Shown one piece after another: positions 1 to 14,016 of a stretch of 64,000 bases of DNA; position 1 is the stretch's first letter, and the number at the start of each line of letters is the position of its first letter. The notes below the pieces were generated by a model. It saw only the letters and a list, made by a program, of their open reading frames with translations. It ran no database searches and had not been told where the DNA came from. The translations under genes were made by a program, and so were the position numbers. Where the stretch lies: NCBI GenBank assembly GCA_008632985.1, contig QPGO01000237.1:1-64000 (forward strand), given 5' to 3'. This DNA is from Psammoneis japonica. Lineage: Eukaryota.

Positions 1-1060
1 ACTCTAGAACAACAATGGAGACGTGATACCCCAATAAATTAAAGTCTATACCCCCATGATAAATTTTAAAGCTAGTTCTTCTTGTTGGCATACAATCTTT
101 AGCTGCTTTTTAGACTTGACAAAATGATCATCTGCCCTGGCTGTCACCCTCTAAGTTTGTTGCATTGGCTAACAAATTGGGCAAGTGAGCCACATATTTC
201 TAGCTTATAAACTACCTTGCAGCCAAAAGAAGCAATCTAAACCTCCAGAACAGCCATGATGCACTGGTCTGCCGAATCAAACTCCGCATCACCAAGTGGA
301 GGCGGGGAGAACCATTGTCAAAAATTCACTGTGACGGATCTGAGCTCTTGAGAGCTTATCCAGCTTTTGACACCATAGCCCCAAATCACCATATTTATTA
401 TGAAGTCAGCCTGATGCTGTGTCTGTGACTTTGCCTCGTTTTGGAATTGCCACGGCCATCGCATTGCAGAATTGACATTCTTGACGAGGAAAAGTGTTTC
501 TGGGATGCCTTACGACGACGGAGACCCTGCAGAACAAAAGAACAATGTAGAAAGAGACAACACATGTAAGTCAAACGGGCATTAATGTATAAAGCCTCAA
601 CGAAACACACAGCACGAATGGTGATACATAAGGTCGGTCGTGATGCAACAGAAGCGACGCTGTCAACGCGAACCTTCAGTGAGAATTTTCACCATCAGCC
701 ACCCACATGAACCTGTGTGCTCTCGAGCTCATCACATACCTTATGCTGTGACGTAAGACATTCCGTTGAGAGTACACTACAAAGTACCTCAGAAACAACC
801 GTATTTTTGAAATCGGCGAAACGCCATTGTCCGTGTTATTTTGGGTGTCATTTTGCGTCGCGAGCCAGAAAACACTCCCAAAAACTGTTCTACAGGGCAA
901 AATGTACTGAATCTACACAGATTTGGGTTGTACCAGGCCACGTAGAAAATGAACGGGCTGAGAACTGTGGTACGCCCACTTAATACTGCACCGCACGGTA
1001 CGACACCAGCACATGCTGTGCGGCACCGTAGAGAGAGCAGAGGCAGCGCAGGCGCCTGTT

Positions 1061-1264
1061 TGTTTTAGTCTGTCCGTTGTTGGGTGGACAAAGTGACTGA
1101 CGTGTTTGTCGGTTCGGTTCTCGGAAAGTAAGATTTTGTGATGATGTCTTTGACATTCTGAGGACACATTGGTAGAAGACCGAGAGATCCACTTGAGGAT
1201 CGTCTCACATTTTTGAACAGATTACGTTTCATTGCTGATTTGTTCTGTTGACACACTTTTGGCA
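1061..1264 (+). repeat. 5' LTR of element A
   Basis: TG...CA termini; diverged direct copy of 9591-9791. Confidence 0.85.
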
Positions 1265-1301
1265 CTTCATCAGAGTCACACCCTGACTTGCCCAAGCAAT
1301 C

Positions 1302-2906
1302 ATGGTGTTTGCTGCAGCACAGACCACCTCGTTCTTCGAGGATGACAACCAAATGGGTCTGCCCAATGCAACTCAGTTGCAACCAGTGGTCGAACGTCTT
1401 GAGCAAGTTACAGACCTTGCTGACTTCGATGAAGATGGTCTCAATCAAGTTTTTGAGAACCTCAAATGCCCAGGGGGGGGGCACTGTCTCCCAGACCCCA
1501 ACCCTGGTGCAGCTGCTGGCGCTGTCATTCGGACACCAGCATTTGTCATTGGAGCCAAAAGCATGATGCATCTTGAGGTTGCCAGGCAGGCAGCACTGTG
1601 AGGCTGCTGGCTGCAAGCCATCTGCGGCCAACATGCATTGGAATCTGGTTCTCAAGAACTTCCAAGAGGCCTGGAAGGCACTCAAAGGCAGGAAGGACAA
1701 GGATGACCTGGAAGTCCCAAGGATCACCAAGTCACTGCCTGTTGTGAAGTGGACCAAAGCATTCCATGATCACCTGCAGCATGCAATCAGAGGTTGGGTC
1801 ACTCCACTCTCGCATGTCACCTGAGAGACCATCACAGTCGACCCGCGGCACCAGCACTTGCTGCAAATCAACTGCACTCAACAGCACATGGTTCCATTGA
1901 GGATGAGCTTGTGGCTCAGCCAAGCCATGCCCACCCACCATTTTGAGAAAAAACTCCTTGGGTGCACCATGCACTTGAAAAAGACACTCGCAGGACTTTG
2001 CATGCAGCCTCAGTCAAGCCCTTTCAGCGCAAGAAGGACAGAAGAGGGGCGTGGATTGCACTGACATTGCAGCATGCCGGCAAGGACAAGTGGGCAGCCA
2101 AACTCAAGAAGCAAGAGAATTTCATCCACACTCACAAGTGGAAAGCTCAATCAAACTTTTCTCTTGATCAGCTTGTTGCCCAGCATCGCAATGCCTTTGT
2201 CTCCATGCAACAGTGTGCAGACCATGTCACACACCAACTCCCAAACAAGTGTGCACATGTCACACATCTCCTGGATGCTGTCAAAATGTCCAATGTGCCT
2301 TGTCAGGCTGCCATGGCTTTAGTCCTCAGTGACACAGGACCAAATGGGAAATGAAGTGACTTCGAGGCCGCAGCCGCCCATCTTCTGCCCTGCGACCCTG
2401 TGGTGAAGAAGCACGCTGCAAAACATCCTCACACTGAAGTTTCTGCAATTGACTCCAGCACTGTCAAGTCTGGCATGGGCAGCATGGGCATGGAACTTTG
2501 GCACCACACTGTGACCAAATGCCAGAAACCAAACTCTGAACAGAAGGCTGAACTGAAGGAATGGCATGAGATTCAAGAGACTTTGTCTCTGAAGAAGGAC
2601 CTGAAGTCACCAGCTGTGGGGTGTGGCCGACACAAGAAGATCAAGAGAATGATTTCAGAAGCCATGGCCTCTGAGCCAGCTTCCCGTGGCAAGAAAGAGG
2701 AACACCCCAATCCTGAGTCCAACGACATAAAGGCCAGAGCCCACCTGCTCTCCCTTGTTCAGGTTGCATTGTCTGCTCCTCAGCCACTCCCCCCTCTGCC
2801 ACCTCCAACCCCCACTGCAGCCCCTGCTCAGGCAGCATTGGTCCAGTTCAAGCCACCCTCCATCTCATTGCAGTCCATTCTGCATCATGCCGGGGACAAG
2901 AAATGA
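1302..2906 (+). pseudogene. gag: copia gag pseudogene (element A), frameshifted
   Basis: Broken ORFs 1302-1601, 1573-1824, 1962-2354, 2400-2906 directly after the LTR and PBS; diatom copia gag-like motifs (EVPRITKSLPVVKW, HTHKWKAQSNFSL, DFEAAAAHLLPCDPV). Confidence 0.7.
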
Positions 2907-2924
2907 AAGGTGGGGATGGTGCTT

Positions 2925-4972
2925 CATTCCCATGGAAGTTCCGACACATGGCATCGCATGAAGGACCATTGCTGCGACCTCATGATCCATTGTGGAAAGG
3001 CTCAAGCTACAACATCATGCTTGAATGGGAGAATGGGGAGATCACGTCTGAACCCCTTGCCATCATTGCCAAGGACGATCCCATCACCTGTGCCATTTGT
3101 GCACACAAACACGGTTTGCTTGAGACTGGTGGCTGGAAACGTTTCCGGACTGTAGCTCTGCACCAGAAGAAGCTGTTCCGCATGGCCAATCAAGCCAAGT
3201 TGTTCTCCTTTCGTGCTGTGCCACAACACAAGTGCGGGCGTGAAGTGCCCCAGGACTGCAAGCATGCCTTGGCCCTTGATGAGCGCAATGGCAATCACAA
3301 GTGGGGAGACAGAACGGACCTCAAGATGACTCAGCTTGATGAGTGTGAGGTCTTCCATGACTGCGCACATTGCAAGGATTCCAGCACTCCACCAAGACAC
3401 AAGAAGATTTGGGTGCATCTCATCTGTGACATCAAACATGACAGACGGCACAAAGCAAGGCTTGTTGCCAATGGACACCTCACAGATTTGCCTGTGACAG
3501 TGTCTGTTCGTGAGCAGTGTCTCTCTGCGGCCTGTGAATGATGAACTTCCTAGCCGAACTCAATGAACTAAAGACTTGGGCTGCCAACATTGGGAATGCC
3601 TGTCTCAAAGCCATGATCAAGGAGAAACTGTACATTGCAGCAGGCCCCGAATTTGGTGAGCTGGAAGGACACATCCTTGTCATCCATAAGGCCTCACACG
3701 GGCTCTGCAGCTCTGGCCTTAGATGGCATGAACGCTTTGCCGATTGCTTGTGTGCTGAAGGCTTCTTCCCGTGCAAAGCCGAACCCGACATCTGGCTGTG
3801 TGGGAATGGTGACCACTGCCAGCACGTGGCAGTGTATGTGGATGACCTTGCCTTTGCCATGAAGGAACCCCAGGCTTTTGTGGACACTCTCATGGAGAAG
3901 CACAAGTTCAAGATCAAGGGCACTGGACTGTTGGAGTTCCATCTTGGTTGCGACTTCACCCACGATCCAGACGGCACCCTGTGCCTTGCCCCTGGCAAGT
4001 ACATTGAGGGCATGGTTGAAAACTGTGCATGCCTCTTTGGGGAGAAGCCTTGCACTGATGTGCTTTCACCCCTTGACAAGGGAGACCACCCTGAGCTTGA
4101 TGCCTCTGAATTACTCAAACTGGAGGGCATCCACCAATTCCAATCCTTGATTGGTTCCCTGCAATTGGCCGCATCTCTTGGTCGCATTGACATTGCTGCA
4201 GCTGTCATGTCCCTGTCTAGCTTCCATGCAGTGCCCCGTCAAGGCCACCTTGACCATGCCAAATGCATCTGCGGATTCCTCTCCAAGATGCATCATGGTG
4301 CCCTCTGAGTGCGCACCGAGGAGCCCAACTATTCGGACCTTCCCAAGCCTGTGTATGACTGGGCCCAATCTGTGCATGGGGAGGTAGAAGAGCTGCTCCC
4401 ACAAGATGCACCCGAGCCACTTGGCAAGTTCGTTCCCACGACACACTGCGTCGATGCAAACTTGTTCCATTGCATGCTCACCGGACGCTCTGTCACCGGC
4501 ATCCTTCATTTTCTCAATGAGTTTCCGGCTGATTGGTTCTCCAAGAAACAAGCAACAGTTGAGACTGCCATGCATGGATCTGAGTTTGTTGCCGCAAGGA
4601 CGTGCATTGAGCAGATCATTGATCTGCGCATCACTTTACATTGCCTTGGCATCCCCATTCATGAAACATGTTACATGTTCGGGGACAACAAGTTGGTTGT
4701 GGACAGTGCTACCATCCCGCACTCCAAGTTACACAAGTGACACACTGCCCTCTCATTCCATCATATGTGTGTGAGGCGATTGCTTCTGGTTTCCCCGAGT
4801 TTCATTTCATCGAAGGTTCCCGCAACCCTGCTGACATCCTCAGCAAGCACTGGGGTTACTCCCAGGTCTGGAACCTCCTTCATCCTCTAATGTTTTGGAA
4901 CTTCGATCCCGAGGCTTTCAACCAATCTGACCTTGAATCTATCGCTGTGGACCCCTCAAGCAAACTGGGGAG
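2925..4972 (+). pseudogene. pol: 3' half of an older family-B copia pol (chromo-like segment, RT, RNase H)
   Basis: Colinear with 21131-23160 on the minus strand (WKGSSYNIMLEWENGE, KARLVANG, VYVDDL, SKKQATVETA, NPADILSKHWG); most Tyr replaced by Cys/His; TGA stops. Confidence 0.92.
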
Positions 4973-5218
4973 TGACAGGATTTGAACAAGATTTTAGCTT
5001 GTCACACATGATTATGTGTGCTCTTAGTTCCGCGTGCGATGCGCGATGCAGTTTGCTTTCAAGCCACATGGCTCACAAGAACAACAACAGAAGTGCCAAT
5101 GTTAACGACACCAGTCTTTCAGCTCCTGCAACAGTCTCTGCATGGAGACTCATCGGCCATTTAGACAGCAGCAAGGAGTCATTGTTTTCTTCCACCCAGT
5201 CATTTTCAATTTCTGTCA
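4973..5218 (+). repeat. 3' LTR of the older family-B copia
   Basis: PPT GGGGAG then TGACAGGATTTGAAC...TTTCTGTCA; related to the element B LTRs. Confidence 0.85.
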
Positions 5219-5449
5219 GTCCGACAATGACTCAAGATTGCAGTCAACTGATGGTTGCAACTGGGAGGCGAGTGCACTGATGGAGCAATTGGCATTTGGT
5301 GGGGCATTGGCGGTGGCAGTGGTTGGCTAAGCAACAGGATTCTGGTTGGTGTCCTTTTCGGATGAAGTGGGCAGAGGTGCCAGAGAGCCAGCCCACACAA
5401 TGGAGGACACCTTGCACTCTTTCCTCCTCTTGGTGGAAGAGACAAACTT

Positions 5450-7000
5450 TGCCTTGGCTTCCCGGGAAAGGTGTGGATGCGTAAGATTGCGGACATGTGA
5501 TCGCAAATTACCAGGTTGTGGAACTTAACCAAATCAGTGTTCTTGCAGGAATGCTTGAAGGTGGAGTGGAGCTCACTTTCCACCAACTCTTTGCATTTTT
5601 GTGCCATGCCTTTTGCCCAGGCACGAGTGTCGATGCAAGTCTTGACATGTTCCAGATGCTTGGTGAGGATCTTCTTGGTGACCTTCCCATCCTTCAACCT
5701 CTGCTGCGCATTCATCAGGGTCAAAGGTCTGTCACAAAACAGCACAAACTGCTTCCTCTTTTCGCAGCCAGAAAAAACAATGGTGGACCAGCAACAAATG
5801 TTACAGCGCTCTTTGTCGATGTGAAGCAGAAAGCAACAGTCCATCATGGCAGCAGCAATGCTCAGGCATTGTGCAAAAAAATCCAACTTGGATGTGAAGC
5901 TGGTGATCCGCAGGAAGCAAGGGTCGTTGCCAAGTCGATTGTGCACTGTCAGCTCCCATAAATCTTCTGTGATTGCACAGAGATTTTTGCCAAATCAGGA
6001 AAGATTGGAGAAGGATTTGGCAAGCTTGCAGCACTCAAGAACATGCCTGCCATCTTTATGGTGAAAACACAACCAGCCACAACTTTTTACACAATGAAAG
6101 CCATCTTTGTGCCCAAGAGAATGGGCAACTGTGTCATTGACCATCAACACTTCCATGAAGAAATGGGAGGCTTGATTCTGGCAGTTACAATGAACAAAGG
6201 GGAGAGCCATGAGATCAGCAGAGGGAGTCCATTTAGAAGTCTCGAGAAAGTGCTGACAGATTTTTTTAAATTGAGCCTTGGTTGTGTGTGCACCACCAAC
6301 ACTGTTGGTGCATGCTTTGGCTTGGTCATCCAGCACAGAACCATCGCTTCCATCAAAAGAATCATCATCTCTGTTGTTTTCATCAGAAAAAGAAAAATCA
6401 CTGGCACAACCATCAAGGTCTCCACATGCAGATGGAATCCTGGCATGAGAATTGCCTTGGCTGGTCAAGTCATTGCCATCAGAGTCATCGTCTGAGCTGA
6501 CATTGAAGTCTGGAATGCCGCCAGGTGGGTTGTCCATCCCAGAAGACACTGATGACACAACATTGAATGTGGAGTTGCCCACTTCTTGATCAACAGGAGC
6601 ACCCTGCAAATCCGCCTTGGGCAAATTTGTGGAGAGTGCTGGAGAGTCACTGACATCAAAGACACACCATCAGAGAGGCTTGCTGCTGCATCAGAGGGTG
6701 ACAAAACATCAAGCAATGAACCGTCATGGTCCTGAGACGTGACAAAGCAAGCCGTGATGCTGGTCTCACATTTGGCACTGTCCTCAAATAAATCCAGGTG
6801 AGAAGAGAGACGTTGCTTTTGCTTGGGCATGACTTTGAGGTGGGGCATGATCGCAGCAGCGGAAGAGGCAAACCACCATGGTTGATCCTGGTAAAAACAG
6901 TGGAGGTGGAATGCTGCAAACTCCTTGTCACATCACTTTTGTGGTTCTGTGTTGATTCACCAAAAACAAAGGGGATTGGATCTGCAGATTACAAGTGGAA
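5450..7000 (-). pseudogene. Degenerate unknown ORF (acidic N-terminal half plus globular region), probably transposon-associated
   Basis: ORFs 5995-6624 and 5206-5946 are in the same frame, separated by a TGA; TA-depleted; no family recognised. Confidence 0.35.
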
Positions 7001-7267
7001 GGGACAAGTGCCCTGCTCACAGTTGGTCAGATAAATGGTGCAAATGGAACATCATGAGTCGATGGTGAGGATGGGGTTTGAGGGGGAAACAGAAAAAGGT
7101 GAAAATTTTGCTGAATGATTGACATTTGTCATGACAGAAATGCAGTGCTTTTGGCAAAAACGCCACACACAATGTGAAAACAAACATGTTTCAGTTGGAA
7201 TGAAATGCAATCATTCAGAGATCAGGGAGTGATGCAGCCATGTCACTTGGCATGTTGGCATTCATGT

Positions 7268-7397
7268 TGACAGAAATTGAAGATGACTGGTTGGAAATGA
7301 ACAACAACTTCTCACTGCTGTCTAAATGGCAGATGAGTCTCTGTGCAGAGACGGTCACAGGAGCTGAAAGACTGGTGTTGTTGACATCAAGTGCACA
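7268..7397 (-). repeat. Partial family-B LTR, inverted relative to 4973-5218
   Basis: TGACAGAAATTGAAGATGACTGG...CTGCTGTCTAAATGGCAGATGAGTCTC matches the reverse complement of 5110-5218. Confidence 0.8.
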
Positions 7398-7429
7398 TTG
7401 AATCACATGCATCTGGGAGCAATGAGTGC

Positions 7430-9400
7430 AAAATGCACCAATCAGGATGGATAAAATAAATAAAAATGTTGCACTCCCAATGAGTGAATGTCGATTTCAA
7501 TCTGGAGGGGTGTCAACCAATGTTTGTGTGCCTGCACATGCCACAAGATGGTGGAGTTCGACAACCTGTGACTCATGGCCCCTTCTGCAGGTCTCTGATG
7601 TGGATGATGAGCTGGCCTTCTGATGGTGGACACCTTGCACATTGCGCAAGCAAGATGTCACAGTGTCAGTGGTCAAGGCATGTGTGCGACGTGTCACACA
7701 CAAGTGGGGAGTCAACATTCCCAATGCCATTGAAGAAGCACTGGAACTCAATCACCAGAATGGCAACAAGCTGTGGGAGAATGCAGTTGCAAAGGAGATG
7801 TGCAATGTGGTTGTTGTGTGCAAGATTCTTGATGATGACACCCCAACTCCAGTCGGTTGGTCCAAGCAGTCTGGCCACTTGGTCTTTGATGTCAAGATGA
7901 CCATGGACAGGAGGCCAGATGGGTGCTTGTTGGACACAACACCTCCAGCACCAAGGGTTCCACATGTGCTGGGGCTGCATCCAGGGAGAGTGTCTAAATT
8001 GCACTGATGTGTGCTGCCCTGAACAACATTGATGTGATGGCAACCAACATCCAGAATGCGTGCTTGCAAGCTCTGTTATCTCAGAAGCACTGTGTCACAT
8101 GTGGCCCTGAATTTGGCATTGAGAATGTGGGCAAGCATGCTCTCATTTGCCATGCTTTGTATGGAGGCAAGTTGGCTGGGCATGACTTTGGGCATCACCT
8201 TCGTTGTGAGTGCATGTCATGCCTTGGATTCGAGCCTTGCAGGGCTGATCCTGATGCATGGATGCATGCAGCTTTTAAGGAAGATGGCACTGAGCACTGG
8301 GAGCATGTTGTGCATCTCGAACAATGCAGAAGATCCTGCGGAACAAGATTGGCAAGTGCTTTCTGCTGAAGAAGGCCTCAATTGGACCTCCCAGCTTGTG
8401 TCTGGGTGGCCACTTGCAAAAGGCAGAGCTTCAGAATGGAGTCAAGGCATGGGCTTTCAACTCTTCTCAGCACACCCAGGCAGTGGTCAAGAACATGGAG
8501 ACTTGCCTGGCATCGAAGGGCAAGAAGCTGCCAGCTGAGGCCACAACTCCTCTCAGCAGCTCATGTTGTCCTGAACTTGACACCAGCATGGAACTGTCAC
8601 TGGTGGATGCAGCCCACTGTCAGTTGCTCATTGGTGTCCTGCATTGGATGGTTGAGTTTGGGCACATCGACATCTGTCTTGAAGTGTCAATGTCCTTGCA
8701 CTTGGTGCTGCCATGAGAGGGACACCTCAAACAGGTGCACCATGTCTTCGTGCACCTCAGGAAGTGCCACAACATGGAGATGGTGTTTGATCCCAGTGAC
8801 CCTGTTGTTGATGAAGCACTGTTCACTCAACAGGACTGGACAACCTCTGAATTTGGCCTTGCTGCATGGGAGGAGATGCCTGCCAACATGCCTCAAGCCA
8901 GAGGTTGTGGCATGATCATACAAGCTTTTGTGGATGCGGACCATGCAGGCAACTCGATCACTCATCCTTTGTGTGCACTGGTTTTCTCATGTGTCTCAAC
9001 TCTTCCCCTGTGCACTGGATGTCTAAGAAGCAGACAAGCATCAAGATGAGCTCATTTGGGTCTGAGTTCACCAGCACGCAGCAATGCATGGAGCACATTT
9101 GTGGGCTTCGGCGCAAGCTGCGAATGATGGGAATTCCGGCCTTTGGACCAGCTTGTGTCATGGGGGACAACCAGTCTGTCCTGGCAAACACCTCCATTCC
9201 TGACTCAACATTGAAGAAGAAATGTCATGGTCTGACACACCACTTTGTCCGTGAGGGTGCAGCACATGACGAGTGGTAGATGGCACATGTCAACAACTGG
9301 AATCCCACCAATCTGCTGACCAAGGCACTTCCATCTGGGGAGAAACACAATCGGTTCATGGGAATGATGCTGCACTGTCTTGGTGGGAAGGTAGAGCAGG
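7430..9400 (+). pseudogene. pol: copia RT/RNase H pseudogene (element A)
   Basis: GHLVFDVKM, ATNIQNACLQA, ALYGGK, FVDADHAG, SKKQTSIKMSSFGSEF, GDNQSVL, HHFVREG motifs, fragmented. Confidence 0.9.
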
Positions 9401-9590
9401 CTGTGGTTGGCTGAACCACCTGCCAACACGGAGAGGGTTTTGTTTGGATTTCCCTGCCAGTGCCGTGGGTTTTTGTTTGGAGTTTCCCATTTGGTGGATG
9501 TTTGTTTGAAATTTACCATCACATGATGTGGATGAGTCCCTTTGTTGGCAATCTAGCTTGATGGCATGATCAAGTCTAGATTGAGGGGAG

Positions 9591-9791
9591 TGTTTTAGTC
9601 TGTCCGTTTTAGGACAGACAAAGTGACTGACGTGTTTGTTGGTTCGGTTCTTGGAAAGCAAGACTTTGTGATGATGTCTTTGACATTCTGAGGATGTCAG
9701 CAGAAGATCGAGAGATCAATTTGAGGATTGTTTCACAATTTGAATAGATCATGTTTTATCACTGACCTGTTCCACAGACACACTTTTGGCA
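9591..9791 (+). repeat. 3' LTR of element A
   Basis: Follows the PPT; direct repeat of 1061-1264. Confidence 0.85.
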
Positions 9792-10273
9792 ATTCTGCAC
9801 TTCATAATCACAGTGCTGTTGAAGACTGTAAATGCACAAATTGTGGGGGACACAAACACTGCAAAGAGATGCCATGGCCAGCATTCAAATCACAAGCACA
9901 CAGTTGGCATGTCAAACCATTGTCCATTTGTAACAGGAACTGACTGTCATCACGGTTGCCACTGTCAAGAACCAACCGTTGTCAAGGTCCCTGTTAGAAT
10001 CTCATGGATGAATGTTGCATGAAATCAGCCGAGAGTGACTGAACTGTTTGTCATGCAGAAATGATTTTTATGAAATCTTCTCCATGCTTGATGACTGTTT
10101 TCAATCAATTCTTGGTTCAGAGACTAGCTCTGAACCTCTCACAATGTCCAAAACACTCTTTTGTGCATGGCATTGACCTTTTCTAGTTTGCTCTAGCTAG
10201 CCTCACCATTCGGCACAGGATTGATCACCCTTCATTCCCTTTGGTTAGACCCACTTGAGTCTCATTTCCTGTC

Positions 10274-13200
10274 ATGGTTGCAATGCTCCCAGTTTGGTCC
10301 TTCAAGACCTCTTCCTCTGCCCCTGCTGCTTGCACCGCTCGTGCGATGCACGACTCCTCTCCGCCTTTGAGTGATGACCCCCAGGCCCATGGTTGGACAG
10401 CCATTGCTGCCAACAAGGCTGCTCTCCATGACATCAATTGCAATCAAGACACTGGAACATCCAACCAGCATGCTGGATTGCACTCGGCATCTTGCATGTC
10501 TGCTCATTGCATGAACACTCATGCACACCACTCATCTCCTTGCAAAGCTGCGTCTCCATGCACCGCTTGCCACTTTGGACCTGCAAAAGGTCTCACCAAG
10601 TCCAAGTCCAAGTCCAAGCCCCAGCCTTTTGCTTGGAAGCAGCACTCCCGCACTCCCAAGAACTCTGGTCCAAGTCATCATGATGACAAGGCCGTCCCTG
10701 ATGCCATCGAAGCCAACTGTCACACTCCAGGACCTTACATGCCGACTCATGATGAAATCCGTCATCACAAAGTCATCACAGACATGCACTCCACTCTCTT
10801 GAAATGTCTTGACATTGCTGTCAAGCACATCAACCTCTTCAATCATGATGTCAAGGGTCTCAACGTGCATCTCCATGCCGTCAGGGACCACAACACTCTC
10901 TTAGAATGCATTGTAGATGCAGTCCCCAACCCGGATGATCCTGAAAGTGTTAACAAGTTTTTTGATCTGGATCACAATGTCTGTGGCCATGCCATCAAAG
11001 ACATGATGACTGAAGCAGTTGAAGATGTTGCTGCCCCAGAAAAGCATGTTGATGCCATGGTCATGATTTGCAAAAAAGTTTCTGCAGGTCACTGTCCCAC
11101 CCCGCACACCCCCTCCAAAGGTCACGGAAACAATGGCCAACCTGATTCAAAACATCTCAAATGCAAGCAAATCAAGAAGCACTCATCACACAAGGTGTCT
11201 CCCAGCAAAGAGAACACTGCCCTTTGTTCCTGCTGTTGCTCTCATGGCATGTCTCAGACTGAGCCCTTCCCTCATCCACAAGTTGACTGCTGCTTTCACA
11301 AGGGACCCCATTTGCATTGCACTCACAACTCCTGTGCACCTTTGGATTGCACCCTCCATCCCCTGCCAACACCTGCACAGCTCCTCCACTGTTCTCACCC
11401 ATTCAAGTTGAAACTGTGAACTCTTCTGACTCTCAGTCAACCCATGAGCACTCAGATGCTGCCGCACCACTCTTTCCAGATGCCAACACCTCTTCCCACA
11501 TGACTGCAACTCGCCTTAATCATGCCCATGGACAACCAACAAGTTGAAGCACTGGCTGATTTACACTCATCTTACCCTTTGGAAACCACCGAACCTGAGA
11601 ACACGTGCTCACCTGCACCGAGTGCATCTGCACCTCCTCCCACATTGGTCGACACTGCTTTGAATGTCCAAACAACACTTGCAACCCCTGAACATCTCTC
11701 CAAAGTCCAAGAACCACTGCAACCTTTCTTTGATCATGAGAATGCAAGCCTTGACAACCTTCAATCTACTGTTGATGACCTCAAGTCTGTGTTCGAAGCC
11801 ACTCTCCACTGCTCCCCTCATTGCAAAGCTGCTGCGCTGGCTCTCAGCTAATTTTGCAAAATGATGCAACAAGCTGAAGTGCTGCACCTGGATCTGCTTT
11901 TTAATGTGGTCCTGACTCCATCCTCAGTGCTTAAGTCCACCTCACCTTCTTTCTCTGCCGCCTCAATCACCTCTGCAGGAAGTGTCGCTGGGTGGCACCC
12001 CAGGTGCAATGGCACATTCTTCCAAATCTCTGGCAAACTCCTTGATGAAACAGGCCTCCTGTTTGAAGTTCAGCACACTCAAGCACAACCAAAACCCATG
12101 CACCCATTGACAGCACTTCTGCTCCTTCCTGAACAAGCTGTGTGGTCTCTTTGCAGCTTTCCCAGAGTGCAAAGGCTTTGTGGACAATTTTCCCTCTGAG
12201 AGCCACTGTGCACTTTGCCACATGCAGCTGACAGCGCTCCATGCTCCCTTTCATGGACATGTGTCAATGCCACTTTTCTCAGGCAGATGTTGCCGATGGT
12301 GTCATTGACTCTAGCAAACAAGCTGTTCAAGAACTCCAACTTGGTTGTGCTCCCATCACCCAGGAGAACACATCCCATGCTCGAAACGACTGCCAACAAG
12401 TCTTCCATCATTCCACAGAGTCAGCCTCTGGCTTCATCCAATGCTTTGAAAAAAAAATGCCGGCACTGCAAGAATGCTGGCCTGCCTGTCAAGACAAATG
12501 CTGAACTGAGCATCCATTTCACAAAGCAAATGGGCAGCCATGCCCGCTGCAATGCTGCCATCAAACAATTCAAATCCAAGTTCTGGACTGCCAAACACGC
12601 ACCCCACACCACACCTCTTCACTTCAAGAACATTCGCTCTACCTTCTGTGACATTGACAAGCAAAATCACAATCAACAGCACTGTAAATGCCAATCTCAA
12701 GGTGCTCACCAAAACACCCCTGACAACCATGCTCCCTGGTTCCATGATCTTTCTGAGCAGTTCTTTGGCAACCACCACATGTCCATGATGCTTGGCTGCA
12801 ATCCATCCATTCTGAACTCAAAAACCTCATCATTGACAATGATGCTTTCACTCTCCATGAATGCCCACATCCAGATGACAAAGTCATTTTCACTGCTCTC
12901 ACCCTCCATGCCAAACAATGTTCTGATGGCTTTTTGGACAAACTCAAGGCATGACACTGCGCCTGTGGTGACCAACAACAATGTTCCCCTCCTGATGATG
13001 ACAACTGGTCTGCAAACGCATCATCCTGAGCCATCAAACCATTCCTTGTCTTTGCTGCCAATGCCAAGCAATGTGTCAAAAATGGTGATTTTGTTGGTGC
13101 ATGCCTTCAAGCTCTCGCTCGCAGCCATCTTTTTGTGTGCTTTGACCACATCTTAAAGGAACACTTCCCGGCGTTCCACTGCCACTCAAGAAGGGCATGC

Positions 13201-13645
13201 ATGGACACATCCACAGTGGTCTCTGGTGGTCCACCAAACTGTCCAAATTCTTGACATCCCAGGGATGCACTCCTTCCAAGGCTGACCCCACCTTCTTTGC
13301 CAAACACTTTTCTGATGGCTCATGTCTCAAACTCATTTTCTACACCAACAATCTCATCTATTTTGGATCTCACAACTGTGTGGAAAAGGATTTCGAGGAT
13401 CTCATCAAGTCGAGGTGTGCCATGTGACTTTCACTGGGGACATCACTTGGTTCCTGCAAATGCAAATTCACAGATGCAAGGATGGTTCCTTCTCTCTTGA
13501 CCAGCATCGATGTTGCCAAAACCTCCTCACACATGTTCTCACCCCCGACTCACCATGGGGCACCCCACAGTTTCAGGATGCTCCAGCTCCAACCCATTGT
13601 GTTCACTCCAGAAGGAACCATGCCCAGACCAAAGCTGAGACCAAG
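10274..13645 (+). pseudogene. Highly degenerate copia (element X), left part: gag-like region and RT N-terminal half
   Basis: RVT_2-like KGMHGH..SGLWW, SKADPTFF, IFYTNNL (degenerate Y-x-D-D), WFLQMQI, SLDQ in 13190-13645; the upstream gag assignment is less certain. Confidence 0.7.
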
Positions 13646-14016
13646 TGACCTGTGCAGAAACAGGGAACAAGTGCTCACAACATAGAGATTTTGGTGTTGT
13701 GAAAATCATGAGCTTATTTTACACAGAGCATGCGCATGTGTGACAGCAAGACATGCGGAGTTTGAGTCCTTTTGTGGAATCAGTCACACTCGGTGCTGTG
13801 CACATCCTACGCATGCCCTTCATGCAAGGTGAGTCACTTGTGCGATGGCCAGTCATGCCCGTCTCAGTCATGTGAATCTCCCGTAGACCATCGCAGGTCT
13901 CACACCAGGAGTCGCGTCATCTAGTGCATGCTTCTGCGGGATCAGTGTCGCTACAGACAGCCTATAGACACAGGAAAGTGGCATCATTGGCGGCCACGGC
14001 AGGGATGCCTGCTGCA
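13646..14016 (-). repeat. Putative 3' LTR of a minus-strand LTR element (E)
   Basis: TG...CA termini; minus-strand PPT TGGGGGCGAG at 14017-14026; its terminal ~60 bp recur at 54574-54634. Confidence 0.6.

Larger units (their letters stand above)
1061..9791 (+). mobile_element. Degenerate Ty1/copia LTR retrotransposon (element A) with internal insertions
   Basis: Direct repeats TGTTTTAGTC...CACTTTTGGCA at 1061-1264 and 9591-9791; PPT GAGGGGAG at 9583-9590; gag-like fragments 1302-2906 and copia RT/RNase H fragments 7430-9400. No matching TSD found. Confidence 0.8.

Noticed and set aside
1..1060. Short ORFs in the left flank
   Set aside because: No recognisable motifs; TA-retaining flank of unknown nature.
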